Shown: in pieces, positions 26,819-36,766 of the stretch
Layout: the number at the start of each line of letters is the position of its first letter
How positions within the stretch are numbered: the stretch's first letter is position 1
DNA from: a virus
Taxonomy: Duplodnaviria; Caudoviricetes
Strand: one strand, 5' to 3'
IMG/VR virus record: IMGVR_UViG_3300028886_000045
Length of the DNA stretch: 64,000 bases
Notes under the pieces: model-generated
Told to the model about the DNA's origin: nothing
What the model saw: only the letters and a program-made list of their open reading frames with translations
Database searches by the model: none
Made by a program: the position numbers and the translations under genes

Positions 26819-27796
26819 TTAATAAATAAACATTGCTTGTGTTCCCAAACCAGCAGTAGCAGACGCTCTCCATACTACAAACGTAGTTGTCTTGCCTTGT
26901 GCGTTGGTAAATTCGATTTCGTCCACCTTTTCAAATGAATACGTTCCCGCACCATCCGACCATGTAGGCGTACCAAACGACTTAGGACACGCATAATAGA
27001 TGTATTCACCATCATTCGCGGTTACAGACAACTTGCTTGAAGCACTACCCCATGCGTTTGATGTGGCGAAATGCTTTTGATTTGTATTGCCGTTGCTCTG
27101 TGTACCCAATGCGATAATATCCGCGCTTGTAAAGCCGATTTGCTTGCTTGATGTACCCAAATATGCGTAATGCTTGAAATGGATAGATATGGTACTCGCA
27201 TTTACTGAACCGCTTGGTAGTGGGTTGGTTAGGTTGTTTCCGTTGGCATCCTTGGTTGCTTCGTTCTTGTAACTCGTCAAAGCCGTATCACCCTCACCGA
27301 AACTAACCACAGCCTTGTATGTGTACGTTCCTACCTCGGATGGTGTGTCCTCTGTCGGTATAACAGAAGACTGACCGCTTACCGAATACGTTGCGCCCGT
27401 GGCTTCACCTGCCCTATACTTATCCGCTACGCCCGAAACCTTGATTGAACCCCTATTAAACGTATAGCCTAAGTTAGCCAACTTTGGCAAAGTCTTTCCG
27501 ACTTCATAGGTTGTGCCGTTAGTAAAGCCACTTGTAAACACGGTAATTGCGCTTGGTGCTACGATTGTAGGATTGACTTCGGGGAAAAGCAACTTACTTA
27601 TAAGTTCATCCATAGTCATTCCATTCAAAGACTCAGCCGAAACGCCTTGTGCAATACCTCCTACTGCGTGCGGTGTCACCATTTCACCCAAAGCAGTATC
27701 AAAGTGCAAAGCATCCCTAAGTTCCTCAGACGATGCACCGCCACCGCCACCACCACCGCTTGATGGTAGGATATTTCCGCTATGTATCATTGCCAT
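26819..27796 (-). CDS. Tail-fibre-associated / virion protein
   Basis: Gly/Ser/Thr-rich beta content; VGGI..G...L.KLLFP..NPT motif. Confidence 0.7.
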   Translation of the reverse strand: MAMIHSGNILPSSGGGGGGGASSEELRDALHFDTALGEMVTPHAVGGIAQGVSAESLNGMTMDELISKLLFPEVNPTIVAPSAITVFTSGFTNGTTYEVGKTLPKLANLGYTFNRGSIKVSGVADKYRAGEATGATYSVSGQSSVIPTEDTPSEVGTYTYKAVVSFGEGDTALTSYKNEATKDANGNNLTNPLPSGSVNASTISIHFKHYAYLGTSSKQIGFTSADIIALGTQSNGNTNQKHFATSNAWGSASSKLSVTANDGEYIYYACPKSFGTPTWSDGAGTYSFEKVDEIEFTNAQGKTTTFVVWRASATAGLGTQAMFIY

Positions 27797-27799
27797 ATC

Positions 27800-28051
27800 T
27801 TATGCCTCCACGAATTTTGCCCTAACCACCGCCTTCTCACATTGAAATGTCAAAGTAACATCGTTGGTGTAAGCAAGGTTAATAATTACGTTGTCTGAAA
27901 ACTCAGAAGCCACCACGCACGGTGTCATTCCGCTAAGATTGGCGTACAACACAACGCGACCGCCTTCAGCCATCTCAATTTGCATTGTACCCTTTTTCCC
28001 CAACATTGTATATTGGTACATTCCGTTTTCTTGTCGTGTAAACTCTATCAT
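27800..28051 (-). CDS. Small virion-associated protein
   Basis: Start MIEFTRQ after a TAAATTTG box at 28070-28077. Confidence 0.6.
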   Translation of the reverse strand: MIEFTRQENGMYQYTMLGKKGTMQIEMAEGGRVVLYANLSGMTPCVVASEFSDNVIINLAYTNDVTLTFQCEKAVVRAKFVEA

Positions 28052-28139
28052 AATATCTTTATTTTTCTGCAAATTTACAAAATTGTATCACTTATCACCT
28101 TATCCGTAAAGCCTTTAGACTTCATTGTAAACGTAATGA

Positions 28140-30443
28140 CTAATTATTAATCAAAACAGAAGAATTTTGTGAGCCATCGGGGTAATCCGCGTATTCACCC
28201 GAAGAACCAAACTGTGCAGTCCATTCCGTTCCACCGATTGCAAAGATAATATCCCTATATCTGTAAAAGAAAGAATCCGTCTTGTATGTTTCCAATGCAG
28301 ATTGTGGCACATATATCTTTGTAGGTATGAAGCCCAATGTGGTTTCATTACATTGTGGTGGGGTTGTACCCCTAAACACAACCGTCTTCGTCTGTGCGTT
28401 CCAAGTGTAATTTGAGAATATCGAAAGGTTTGCGCCAAAATCCAAAGTTCTGACATTTGCCGATATGTACATTCCTGCATACTGAATATTTGGAAAAATT
28501 GCTATCGTGTTACTTGCATAAAAACACCCAAGCGAAACCGACTCCAAAATACCGTTGTTCGCACCACCTACATAATTAGGGAAATAATAAACACCATCCC
28601 TACGCGAATTAAAGCGTTTAAGGTTAGAATTTGCCCAAACGACACGATAACCGATTTTTGTTACTTGTGGCGCAATAATTGAACTCACCTCCTTTATTGA
28701 ACGGAAAAGGCTGTTAGACAATTCTGTTACTTCGGATGGTACTGTGATTTCACTTGGTAGGCGCGTCCAATCCCCATTGCTATCCTTTAGCCAAAAACCC
28801 GCGTCTTCTGCATTGTCCGTAGAATCTAACAAATACAAAGGCGTTGATTGCGTGTTTTGATTGTACTTTGCGAAATATTGGCTTAAAGTTCCGTCAAACA
28901 TTGCTTTTGTGCATGATGCCGTGTTAGCACCATTTTCATCACCCATTGTTGAACTTGAACTTTTGGTATTGCCCATATCTATACCATCAAACAACAGATA
29001 GTAAAATTTATTACTCGTTCCGTTTACACCGAAATTTCCATTTCCAATAAAATCCACGCCCCTCCAATCAACATAACGCTCATTATTTGTGTTTGTCTTT
29101 ATCATTGCGCTTGCAAATGTGTTTCTGCTATCATAAAAGGCGTTAGCACCTACCCACTTCAAGGATGAAGGCAAAGAAAGCGTTGTTATGTTATTGTTAC
29201 GAAAAGCACTACCACCTATTTTTTCTAACCCATTAGGCAAAGACAAAGTAGCAAATGCGCACCCATTGAATGCATCATCCTTTATTTCCTTTAACCCTAC
29301 ATTAAATGTAAGCGTTGTAAGGTTGGTGCATTGCAGAAATGCACGCTCATAGATTTCTGTCAAAGTTGAAGGCGTTTCCAATGCTGTGATACCGCTATTT
29401 CTAAATGCCTCCCTACCTATTATTTTCAAACCATCATGCAACGTGACCGTGCGTAGGTTTGTGCAATCACGGAAAACACCCTCGGACAAAGTTTCTACCG
29501 ATGCCCTTATATCCATAGTAGTGATACCCAAACACCCCATAAATGCCAACCTATCTAATATGGTGACACTTGACGGAATAACGGAAATCGTAACCCCCGA
29601 TTCAGAAAATGCTTGCTCGCCTATTTCTGTCAAAGACGAGGGCAAAGTGGAAATCGTCACCCTTGCGCACTTGTTGAAGGAGGCTTGCTGTATAGATGTC
29701 GTGTTTGGATTAAGGCTTGTTAATGGCACTTTAGCACAACGATTAAAACAATATGGAAAAAACTCTGTTATATTCCCCAAATTGATTTTCTCCAAGTTCT
29801 CATCCAATTCAAAATAACTTCGTGGAATCGTAGTTACACGCGGAGGCAAAGTTATTTCTTTCAGATTTTGACAACCCGTGAAAGTCAAGCAACTTGCACG
29901 CTTGAATAGTGCGAACTCGTTAAAGTATTCTATTGTCGTGGCTTTCATAAGGTAATCAAGACTCCACTCCTTGTTAAGCAAAGCCAACGTAACCACGCCA
30001 TTATAGCCAATACCTCCTCGCCTTTCATACATTCTTTGCTTAACGATTTTTTCCACTTCGGGGTCTTTGAAGAATACAATACCTTCCTCATTATTCAGTA
30101 CAATATCCAAATTTGGATAGTTTCTTTTAATTGCAGTAGCCACACCTTGTTTTCCGTTATTCACGGCTAACTTACCTTGCAAGGTTACGGTTGGCGAATC
30201 AACCACAGACAAAGGACTTACTTTGCCCTCCAACTGATACCACTTGTTTACATAATCGCGGATATTCATTGTGTCGGAGGTGTAACCATCAACTCCGTTA
30301 TGCGCGGAATTGATAGTTACTACTGCATCATTGCCACTTAGAACCAAAGCACCCAATACATCCAACTTTTCTGCACTTAGGGTTTCTTGCGCACTTTGGC
30401 TCTGTACCACACTAATCTTGTTTATTCTGTTATATCGTTCCAT
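28140..30443 (-). CDS. BspA-type leucine-rich repeat (LRR_5) adhesin / tail protein
   Basis: Repeated LPxSLTEIGxxAFxxCxxL units. Confidence 0.88.
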   Translation of the reverse strand: MERYNRINKISVVQSQSAQETLSAEKLDVLGALVLSGNDAVVTINSAHNGVDGYTSDTMNIRDYVNKWYQLEGKVSPLSVVDSPTVTLQGKLAVNNGKQGVATAIKRNYPNLDIVLNNEEGIVFFKDPEVEKIVKQRMYERRGGIGYNGVVTLALLNKEWSLDYLMKATTIEYFNEFALFKRASCLTFTGCQNLKEITLPPRVTTIPRSYFELDENLEKINLGNITEFFPYCFNRCAKVPLTSLNPNTTSIQQASFNKCARVTISTLPSSLTEIGEQAFSESGVTISVIPSSVTILDRLAFMGCLGITTMDIRASVETLSEGVFRDCTNLRTVTLHDGLKIIGREAFRNSGITALETPSTLTEIYERAFLQCTNLTTLTFNVGLKEIKDDAFNGCAFATLSLPNGLEKIGGSAFRNNNITTLSLPSSLKWVGANAFYDSRNTFASAMIKTNTNNERYVDWRGVDFIGNGNFGVNGTSNKFYYLLFDGIDMGNTKSSSSTMGDENGANTASCTKAMFDGTLSQYFAKYNQNTQSTPLYLLDSTDNAEDAGFWLKDSNGDWTRLPSEITVPSEVTELSNSLFRSIKEVSSIIAPQVTKIGYRVVWANSNLKRFNSRRDGVYYFPNYVGGANNGILESVSLGCFYASNTIAIFPNIQYAGMYISANVRTLDFGANLSIFSNYTWNAQTKTVVFRGTTPPQCNETTLGFIPTKIYVPQSALETYKTDSFFYRYRDIIFAIGGTEWTAQFGSSGEYADYPDGSQNSSVLINN

Positions 30444-33400
30444 GCTTGTACGTTATTCAAGTTTATTGTTTTTGTTGCCCAAACATCATCTACATTGTTT
30501 TCCGTAATATCGTTTCCGATTAACGCGATTGTCATGCTTGGATTATCCAAAGACTGCCAACCATTGTAAACGCTAATCTTTTCGTTTTCGTTATCAATCG
30601 TAGATTTCAACTCTTCGTTAGACGAAATATCGTCAATAATGACAATTCGCGCCCTATGATAGACGATTTCCTCAGAAACTATCAAGTTGTAACTGCTATC
30701 AAGCGACTTTGTTGTTATCGTTTCCTTCAATTTGACCTTTAGCGTTGAGCCATCAGTATCAAAACCAACGATAACTTCAAACTCGTTTCCGCTACCCACA
30801 CCATCATCATCATAAGAATTTACGCCCGCTTTTGACTTCGCCACGACTGCCTTTCTTTCAATAATATCAACCAACCTATTAAAGCCGAAATTGACACCAC
30901 TAAAATCCACGCTTTCAATTCTCGAAACATCTTGTATCGTGAAACGTGCCGATGTTAGCGCGGTGCAACCATTAGCATACACTTTCTTTGGCGCACCCAA
31001 AGCCAAATCCGTTAATGTGCCACCCATGCCTTGTGCCGATACCGTAGTACCACGCAAATCCAAGGTTTTCAAATTAGCCATTCCGCTAAAGTCGTAGGTA
31101 TCATTAGCCGACTTTGTATCAAGGTTGTAGTACGCGCTGAAATCAATAGCCGTAAGATAATAGAACCAACTGATTTCCTCAAAGTGCCTTATGTTCCCCT
31201 TGCTGTTGCGCAAAGTACCCCACGGCATAGCCTTGTAAGGTGAAACGGCTGTGTCCCTAACTTGCCATGCTTCAATATCGGTCATGTAGCCGTAACCTTG
31301 CCTCGTCAATCCCGAAAGCACCATTATGTTATACACCTCGCTATTCAAGACAGCCGTAAGGACTTGGTTAGGTCTGTGTATGGAAACTATCAGATTTGCA
31401 GATTTTACGCTACCATCCCTAAACACTACCGTACAACTAACCGACAACGTACAAGTTTCATCGCTACTGATAGTCAGAAGGTCGTAACTGAAAGCGGTGT
31501 TATCAGTCCTAATATTGCTTATGTATTGGGTCTGTGTAGTATTAACCGAATGCGTCCACCTTACCTCTGATATATTGCCGTTGTATTCGCCATTGAATAC
31601 GATATTGATACTTTGATGCGCGTTACCATCCAATGTATCAATCGCGGTTTTTCCGCTTAACGAGATACTTGTAGGATATGTGCGCTTAATCACGGAAATG
31701 GTGAAATCCTTTGTTTCTTGCTTGTTTTCGCCATTTGTCGTAGTATAGGATGCCTTGACCTTTACTTTCAACAGATAGGAAACCGCGCCATTCTCAATAG
31801 TTATCAATTCACCCGTATCTTGATTAAGTGAAGCGTTTGCATAAGTCCAAATATGCGTATTGCTATCGTATGAGCCATCCGTTAATTGGTACTCAATAAC
31901 CTTGTTTGTACTGCTAAGTGGGAAAACCGTAGCCTCAATCCTTGTGCTGTTACCTGCCAATATTGAACTTTGGGCATTCACAGACACACCGCTACCGCTA
32001 TCTATCCTAAATGCAGAGGTCTTATCGAATACATTGATACCTTTCGTTTCGTCATTGAACAACTCACTCAACGTAGTCATTTGTTCCCTTGACAGCGTTT
32101 CCGTTAGGTTGATAACACCCGTATAGTTACGCATTGCCTTTGGTATCACCGCCAAACGTAGCACTTCTTCGTATGTGGCATCATCCCAATTAATATTGTA
32201 GAAATCCAACTTGCACGAACTGATAGAGCCGTTAGAATCGTGGTATCTAAGCCACTCCCTAATCATTGCGCGTATGGTGTTATCTTCACCCATATTATGC
32301 AATTCTATCGTGTCCGCATCGCGTGGAAATGTAAACTCCTCCAACGTAGAATAATCGTAGAACTTCAAACTATCGAAAACAATGTCATCCCAATAGATAG
32401 TGCTTAACTGACACGGAAATTCTGCCACCCTAAGATGCACAGAAGAAGGCATATTGAATTGTGAAAATGCTGAACCTTTCAAATACAATTCTTTTATGTT
32501 TGTTGCATTTGGTATTCCGTATGAAGAAATACCCGAAGCATCAACACCTTGCATTTTCAGAACCTCCAACATCACCAAGTCACCCAATCCGCTTATAGAA
32601 GCACCTATCTGCGTATTACGCACGCCATTTTCTAATTCCGCGTCCGATACACCGATATTCAACTCCTTTAGCATACTACCCACCGTACTATCGTAACAGC
32701 CTTGCAAACTTGCATCTTGCAGATTTTGGAACTGAGCACTCATATCCAAGTATTCAAGCGATTGCGGATTATAGATAAAGATTGCAGAAGAACCCGACAT
32801 ATCATGCAAAGGTATGTTTATCGTCTGTGAAGGTTGCACATCAATAGAATATTTGCCGTTGGATTGTATCTTCGGACTATCACCTATGGCATAACCAAAG
32901 TATGTTGGCTCACCATAACGCAAAACCATATTAAAGACAACATTAGCAGGCGTACCACCCCAACGCCAAGAGATAGAACCCTCAACGAAAGAACCACTTG
33001 CAAGCCTTGAATCCCAATACTTGTATTGTTTTGTTATCCACCATTCGCGGAACGTATCACCATTTCCAAGGTTATACAACAGATACTTAGCGTTACTTGC
33101 TTTGTTCTTTAGGTACATTTGCTTATACTTGTAGTCTTCGCTTTCGTTATACAAGGCTGCCGACCAAGTATTTGTGTACTCCTTTTGCAAAGCAAATATT
33201 GCAGACTTCGTAAATCCCGCAGAATACAAAGCGGTCATTACAGAACGGCACAATTCCAAGAATCCGTTAGTTTCTTCCAATGCTTGCCAAAGGTAACTTC
33301 TATCACCACGGAAAGCATAGTTTCCACTTTTTTGTGTCGTTCTGTCAATAGGTGGCTCGTCAAACAGCAACTGTCCCGAATTGATAGTACCGTACTGAAT

Positions 33401-36400
33401 ATCAATATCCCACCATAAAGGCAAATAGTGCACGCCATCAAACGTAGTAAGTTGTAGGTTACGCACCAACGAGTCAAATGCTCCGTTTTTCATTGCGAAA
33501 ACGTAGTAAGCCGCCCAATGGTTTAACAACATATGCAAAGGTGCTTCCGTCCAAAACTTTCCGTGATTGTGCGTAATAAGATAATCCTTGTAACAAGAAT
33601 TAACCCAATCAAAGAACTCCTTTATCTTTGTCGCTTGCGCCCTATATTCTTCATCGTTCAAATCGTCACGGTCGGGATAAATGATTTCTATGGAATTTTC
33701 AAACTCCCACTTTTTGTCCGTTGTAAGGGTCTGTTCACCACCCTCACCGCTTGATATAACCTCGTTTGGGTCTGCATCTTCGTCTGCGTGTTCCTTTGGC
33801 GTTGACCACCAATCTTCAATATTCGTAAACGCGCTTATCTCTGAGTCGTTAAGGGTAAATTCCCACCTTGCAACATCCTTGTTATCCCAAAGCACATCTT
33901 TTTTGTCTTTCTTCGTGTTGAACGTGTAAGGGTCTCCGATATAGTTGTATATACTTCTTTGCCCATACAGAAAATCGCTTTTCTTATCGTCCATAAGCAC
34001 AAAGATTCCGTCATAGTGCCACGGCTTACTTGCATCATCCCTACTAACGATAACGCAAGGTATGCTATCGGGGGTCATACGGATTTCATAAGGGAATTTG
34101 TATGCTGAATCTTGATATGCGTTACCATACTTTTCCCTCATCTTCGTAGGGTACACGTCCCTTGCAAATTCAATAGGCGGTGTTACTATGTTCGCACGTT
34201 TCATTGTATCGTCTATAAGTCGTAGCAAAGCAGGTGACTTACAATTTGACGAGTCAATGTAGTAACATTGCATAACGAACTTATTCATAGGCATAGCACC
34301 ATCCTTCATGCTCCAACGTGGCTTTGCGACCGCCTCTTCACTACCATTCGGATAGAACTTAGTGCCATACGTTCCCTTTGAATTATCGTCAATCCATATC
34401 TTCAATGACTTCAAAGGGTTACGCAAAGTCGTTTGACCATGTGAGCGAATACGCATATTCTCACATCGCCAATTTGAAGACGGATTTTTTGGGTTTTTCC
34501 AATCAACATCCGCTAATATCTGCACCTTGGTACGCATATCCACAGAATCCCAAATAGACTGCAATACGTTGTTACCACCCTTACCCGTAACATACATTAC
34601 TGCAATCCTATCCTTGATTAAATCAACATCAACCTCGCCATTCGTGTATATGTTGTTTTCTTCAATCAACTTGGTCATTTCCTCGACATTCGGTGTGTCT
34701 ATCGTCAAGTTCCTAAGTTCTTGCTGAGTACTTATGTTGTTGTCGTACACCCTTATGCTGTAAATCTTAATACTGCCATCCGTAGTGCCACCGATAACGA
34801 TTTGGCTATTATTGGCGAAATCTGACGAACCGTAGGACTGAACGCGAGAAGAAATACCATTATTGATAATTTCCATTAATCCCGTGCTCGAATCGTGCAC
34901 GATAAACGCAAACTTTACCCTTGTATTGGTTGTAAACCTATCCAATATTTGCGCACCGCCATTACTTCGCAGACTTGCAGATGTACCCGTAACCTTTACG
35001 ATTTCCCTATTATTCGCCACATTACCGATATAGAACAAAGGCGTGTTTTCGTTTCTAAGGTTAAAGGTTTCAAACTCCACCTCCACCGTTCTGCCCTTGT
35101 TCCTTAAATCCTCTGCCGTAGCACCCGCGAATGGACTTATATTGATAGTAGCCGTAGCACCGCCCGAAATCACCAAGGCATTATCCACCCAACCGCATCC
35201 ACTTGTAAACGGCACATTGTTAAACGTGGTACTGTAACCCTTGTATTTCCACTTATCTATCGTTTCCGAAGGCTCGCTGTTACTTCTGCCAATCGCAGAC
35301 AATTTCAGCATAAGCGCACTTGTGGTTTCAATCAATCCCCTACTATTCTCGCTAACGTGCGTTGTGTAAGCACCCAACACCTCGTTTTCAATCGTAGCCC
35401 TAAGTGTGAAATCGCCCTTTTCCGTAGGCATGAAATCCAACGTGTATAACTTACCATCTACCGATGTCGTACCCTCGTCAATGCGCGTTGAAAGCGTGGT
35501 AGAATCGCCACCGCTTAATGGTATCAACTGCCACATGATAGTCGGTTTCTTACCTAAGATATATGGCTTGTACGCCCATTCAATAGACTCCATGACATAC
35601 CTTTCACAATGAATTGTAATGTCCGCGTTACCTTGTAGGAAAGAGGTGGTGTCAAGTTTCCTTGAAATAACCACATAATCCCTATCTGCACCCGTAACCA
35701 CAAATTCATGGTATATCACACGGCTGTAATATGTCACTCCGTCTATTTCCGTCCTTACCCTAAGTTGTAGCGTGTGCTTTCCTACCGATGTAGGCAATAC
35801 AACCGAAATATAGCAAGTCTTATCGCCACTAAGGATTTCAGTAGAACAACCGCTCGGACTCGTCTGTTTGTCTATGTTCCACTCAACATATTTCGTAGCC
35901 TTACAATTTACTTCTACATTAAAGTTTACCTCTTCACCGCTACTATAAATTTTCTGTATTGGGAAATGTGAAACCAAGTCTATTTCCGTGACATTGAAAA
36001 CAATCGTTGCTGTTGAGGATTTGCCCGACTGCATACCCAATACCGTCAAGGTCATTTCGTTGCGACCATCAATGAGATAGTCATCCACGTTAAACTCCTT
36101 TTCTTCGTCAATACTGAATGTCTTTTGTATGGTCTGCTCACCATTACTATTTTTGATAAGCACATTAACGATACCTACCTCCTCGGTTCGCGACCCACCG
36201 CCTTGCGTAAGGTAGTACTCGAACAAAATGCTGTTACCCCTTGTTCCCAATACTACATTATGGCTATAACCATTTCGGATATTCAGTACCATGTACTGCT
36301 CCACGCCATTCTTCCACCTATATTTGTATAGGCGCATAGCCATATCGCGGTTCGTGTCGTAGAACTGCTCGAATGAAGCCAATGTTTCCGCTTTGTCGAA

Positions 36401-36526
36401 AACGTATGTATAATCATCCTTTTGACTAATAAAAGGCGTGAAATCCCTCATTTTCGCTTGAAGAAAAGCCATCATAGACTCAAATTCTTCTGTGCCATAT
36501 TCAAGGTCTAATATATTTTCTGCCAT
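30422..36526 (-). CDS. Large tail-fibre protein: LamG-like, CotH-kinase-like, LRR and Ig-like domains
   Basis: 2034 aa; IYSIRVYD, DSLVRNL...LWWDID..YG, LEYLDMS/LKELNIG repeats, IEATVFP. Confidence 0.75.
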   Translation of the reverse strand: MAENILDLEYGTEEFESMMAFLQAKMRDFTPFISQKDDYTYVFDKAETLASFEQFYDTNRDMAMRLYKYRWKNGVEQYMVLNIRNGYSHNVVLGTRGNSILFEYYLTQGGGSRTEEVGIVNVLIKNSNGEQTIQKTFSIDEEKEFNVDDYLIDGRNEMTLTVLGMQSGKSSTATIVFNVTEIDLVSHFPIQKIYSSGEEVNFNVEVNCKATKYVEWNIDKQTSPSGCSTEILSGDKTCYISVVLPTSVGKHTLQLRVRTEIDGVTYYSRVIYHEFVVTGADRDYVVISRKLDTTSFLQGNADITIHCERYVMESIEWAYKPYILGKKPTIMWQLIPLSGGDSTTLSTRIDEGTTSVDGKLYTLDFMPTEKGDFTLRATIENEVLGAYTTHVSENSRGLIETTSALMLKLSAIGRSNSEPSETIDKWKYKGYSTTFNNVPFTSGCGWVDNALVISGGATATINISPFAGATAEDLRNKGRTVEVEFETFNLRNENTPLFYIGNVANNREIVKVTGTSASLRSNGGAQILDRFTTNTRVKFAFIVHDSSTGLMEIINNGISSRVQSYGSSDFANNSQIVIGGTTDGSIKIYSIRVYDNNISTQQELRNLTIDTPNVEEMTKLIEENNIYTNGEVDVDLIKDRIAVMYVTGKGGNNVLQSIWDSVDMRTKVQILADVDWKNPKNPSSNWRCENMRIRSHGQTTLRNPLKSLKIWIDDNSKGTYGTKFYPNGSEEAVAKPRWSMKDGAMPMNKFVMQCYYIDSSNCKSPALLRLIDDTMKRANIVTPPIEFARDVYPTKMREKYGNAYQDSAYKFPYEIRMTPDSIPCVIVSRDDASKPWHYDGIFVLMDDKKSDFLYGQRSIYNYIGDPYTFNTKKDKKDVLWDNKDVARWEFTLNDSEISAFTNIEDWWSTPKEHADEDADPNEVISSGEGGEQTLTTDKKWEFENSIEIIYPDRDDLNDEEYRAQATKIKEFFDWVNSCYKDYLITHNHGKFWTEAPLHMLLNHWAAYYVFAMKNGAFDSLVRNLQLTTFDGVHYLPLWWDIDIQYGTINSGQLLFDEPPIDRTTQKSGNYAFRGDRSYLWQALEETNGFLELCRSVMTALYSAGFTKSAIFALQKEYTNTWSAALYNESEDYKYKQMYLKNKASNAKYLLYNLGNGDTFREWWITKQYKYWDSRLASGSFVEGSISWRWGGTPANVVFNMVLRYGEPTYFGYAIGDSPKIQSNGKYSIDVQPSQTINIPLHDMSGSSAIFIYNPQSLEYLDMSAQFQNLQDASLQGCYDSTVGSMLKELNIGVSDAELENGVRNTQIGASISGLGDLVMLEVLKMQGVDASGISSYGIPNATNIKELYLKGSAFSQFNMPSSVHLRVAEFPCQLSTIYWDDIVFDSLKFYDYSTLEEFTFPRDADTIELHNMGEDNTIRAMIREWLRYHDSNGSISSCKLDFYNINWDDATYEEVLRLAVIPKAMRNYTGVINLTETLSREQMTTLSELFNDETKGINVFDKTSAFRIDSGSGVSVNAQSSILAGNSTRIEATVFPLSSTNKVIEYQLTDGSYDSNTHIWTYANASLNQDTGELITIENGAVSYLLKVKVKASYTTTNGENKQETKDFTISVIKRTYPTSISLSGKTAIDTLDGNAHQSINIVFNGEYNGNISEVRWTHSVNTTQTQYISNIRTDNTAFSYDLLTISSDETCTLSVSCTVVFRDGSVKSANLIVSIHRPNQVLTAVLNSEVYNIMVLSGLTRQGYGYMTDIEAWQVRDTAVSPYKAMPWGTLRNSKGNIRHFEEISWFYYLTAIDFSAYYNLDTKSANDTYDFSGMANLKTLDLRGTTVSAQGMGGTLTDLALGAPKKVYANGCTALTSARFTIQDVSRIESVDFSGVNFGFNRLVDIIERKAVVAKSKAGVNSYDDDGVGSGNEFEVIVGFDTDGSTLKVKLKETITTKSLDSSYNLIVSEEIVYHRARIVIIDDISSNEELKSTIDNENEKISVYNGWQSLDNPSMTIALIGNDITENNVDDVWATKTINLNNVQAWNDITE

Positions 36527-36538
36527 ATATCTTTGTCT

Positions 36539-36763
36539 TTATCTTTGGTCTTTTAACCTTATCAGTTTTCCACTTACGGCTACAAACTTGCTCCTTTCCA
36601 ACCTTACCCATCCCATGTCAGTCGTAGAAGCCAACGACCAAATAAGGTGTGTGGAATTGCTTGCAATCAGATAGACAGCGTTCACTTGTCTTGCTACTTC
36701 TGAATTGATGTATTTCACATCTACCGTATTTCGGGGAACACTTACTATCTTAAAACGTGCCAT
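36539..36763 (-). CDS. Hypothetical protein
   Basis: 74 aa, fills the gap in the tail operon. Confidence 0.55.
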   Translation of the reverse strand: MARFKIVSVPRNTVDVKYINSEVARQVNAVYLIASNSTHLIWSLASTTDMGWVRLERSKFVAVSGKLIRLKDQR

Positions 36764-36766
36764 ACG

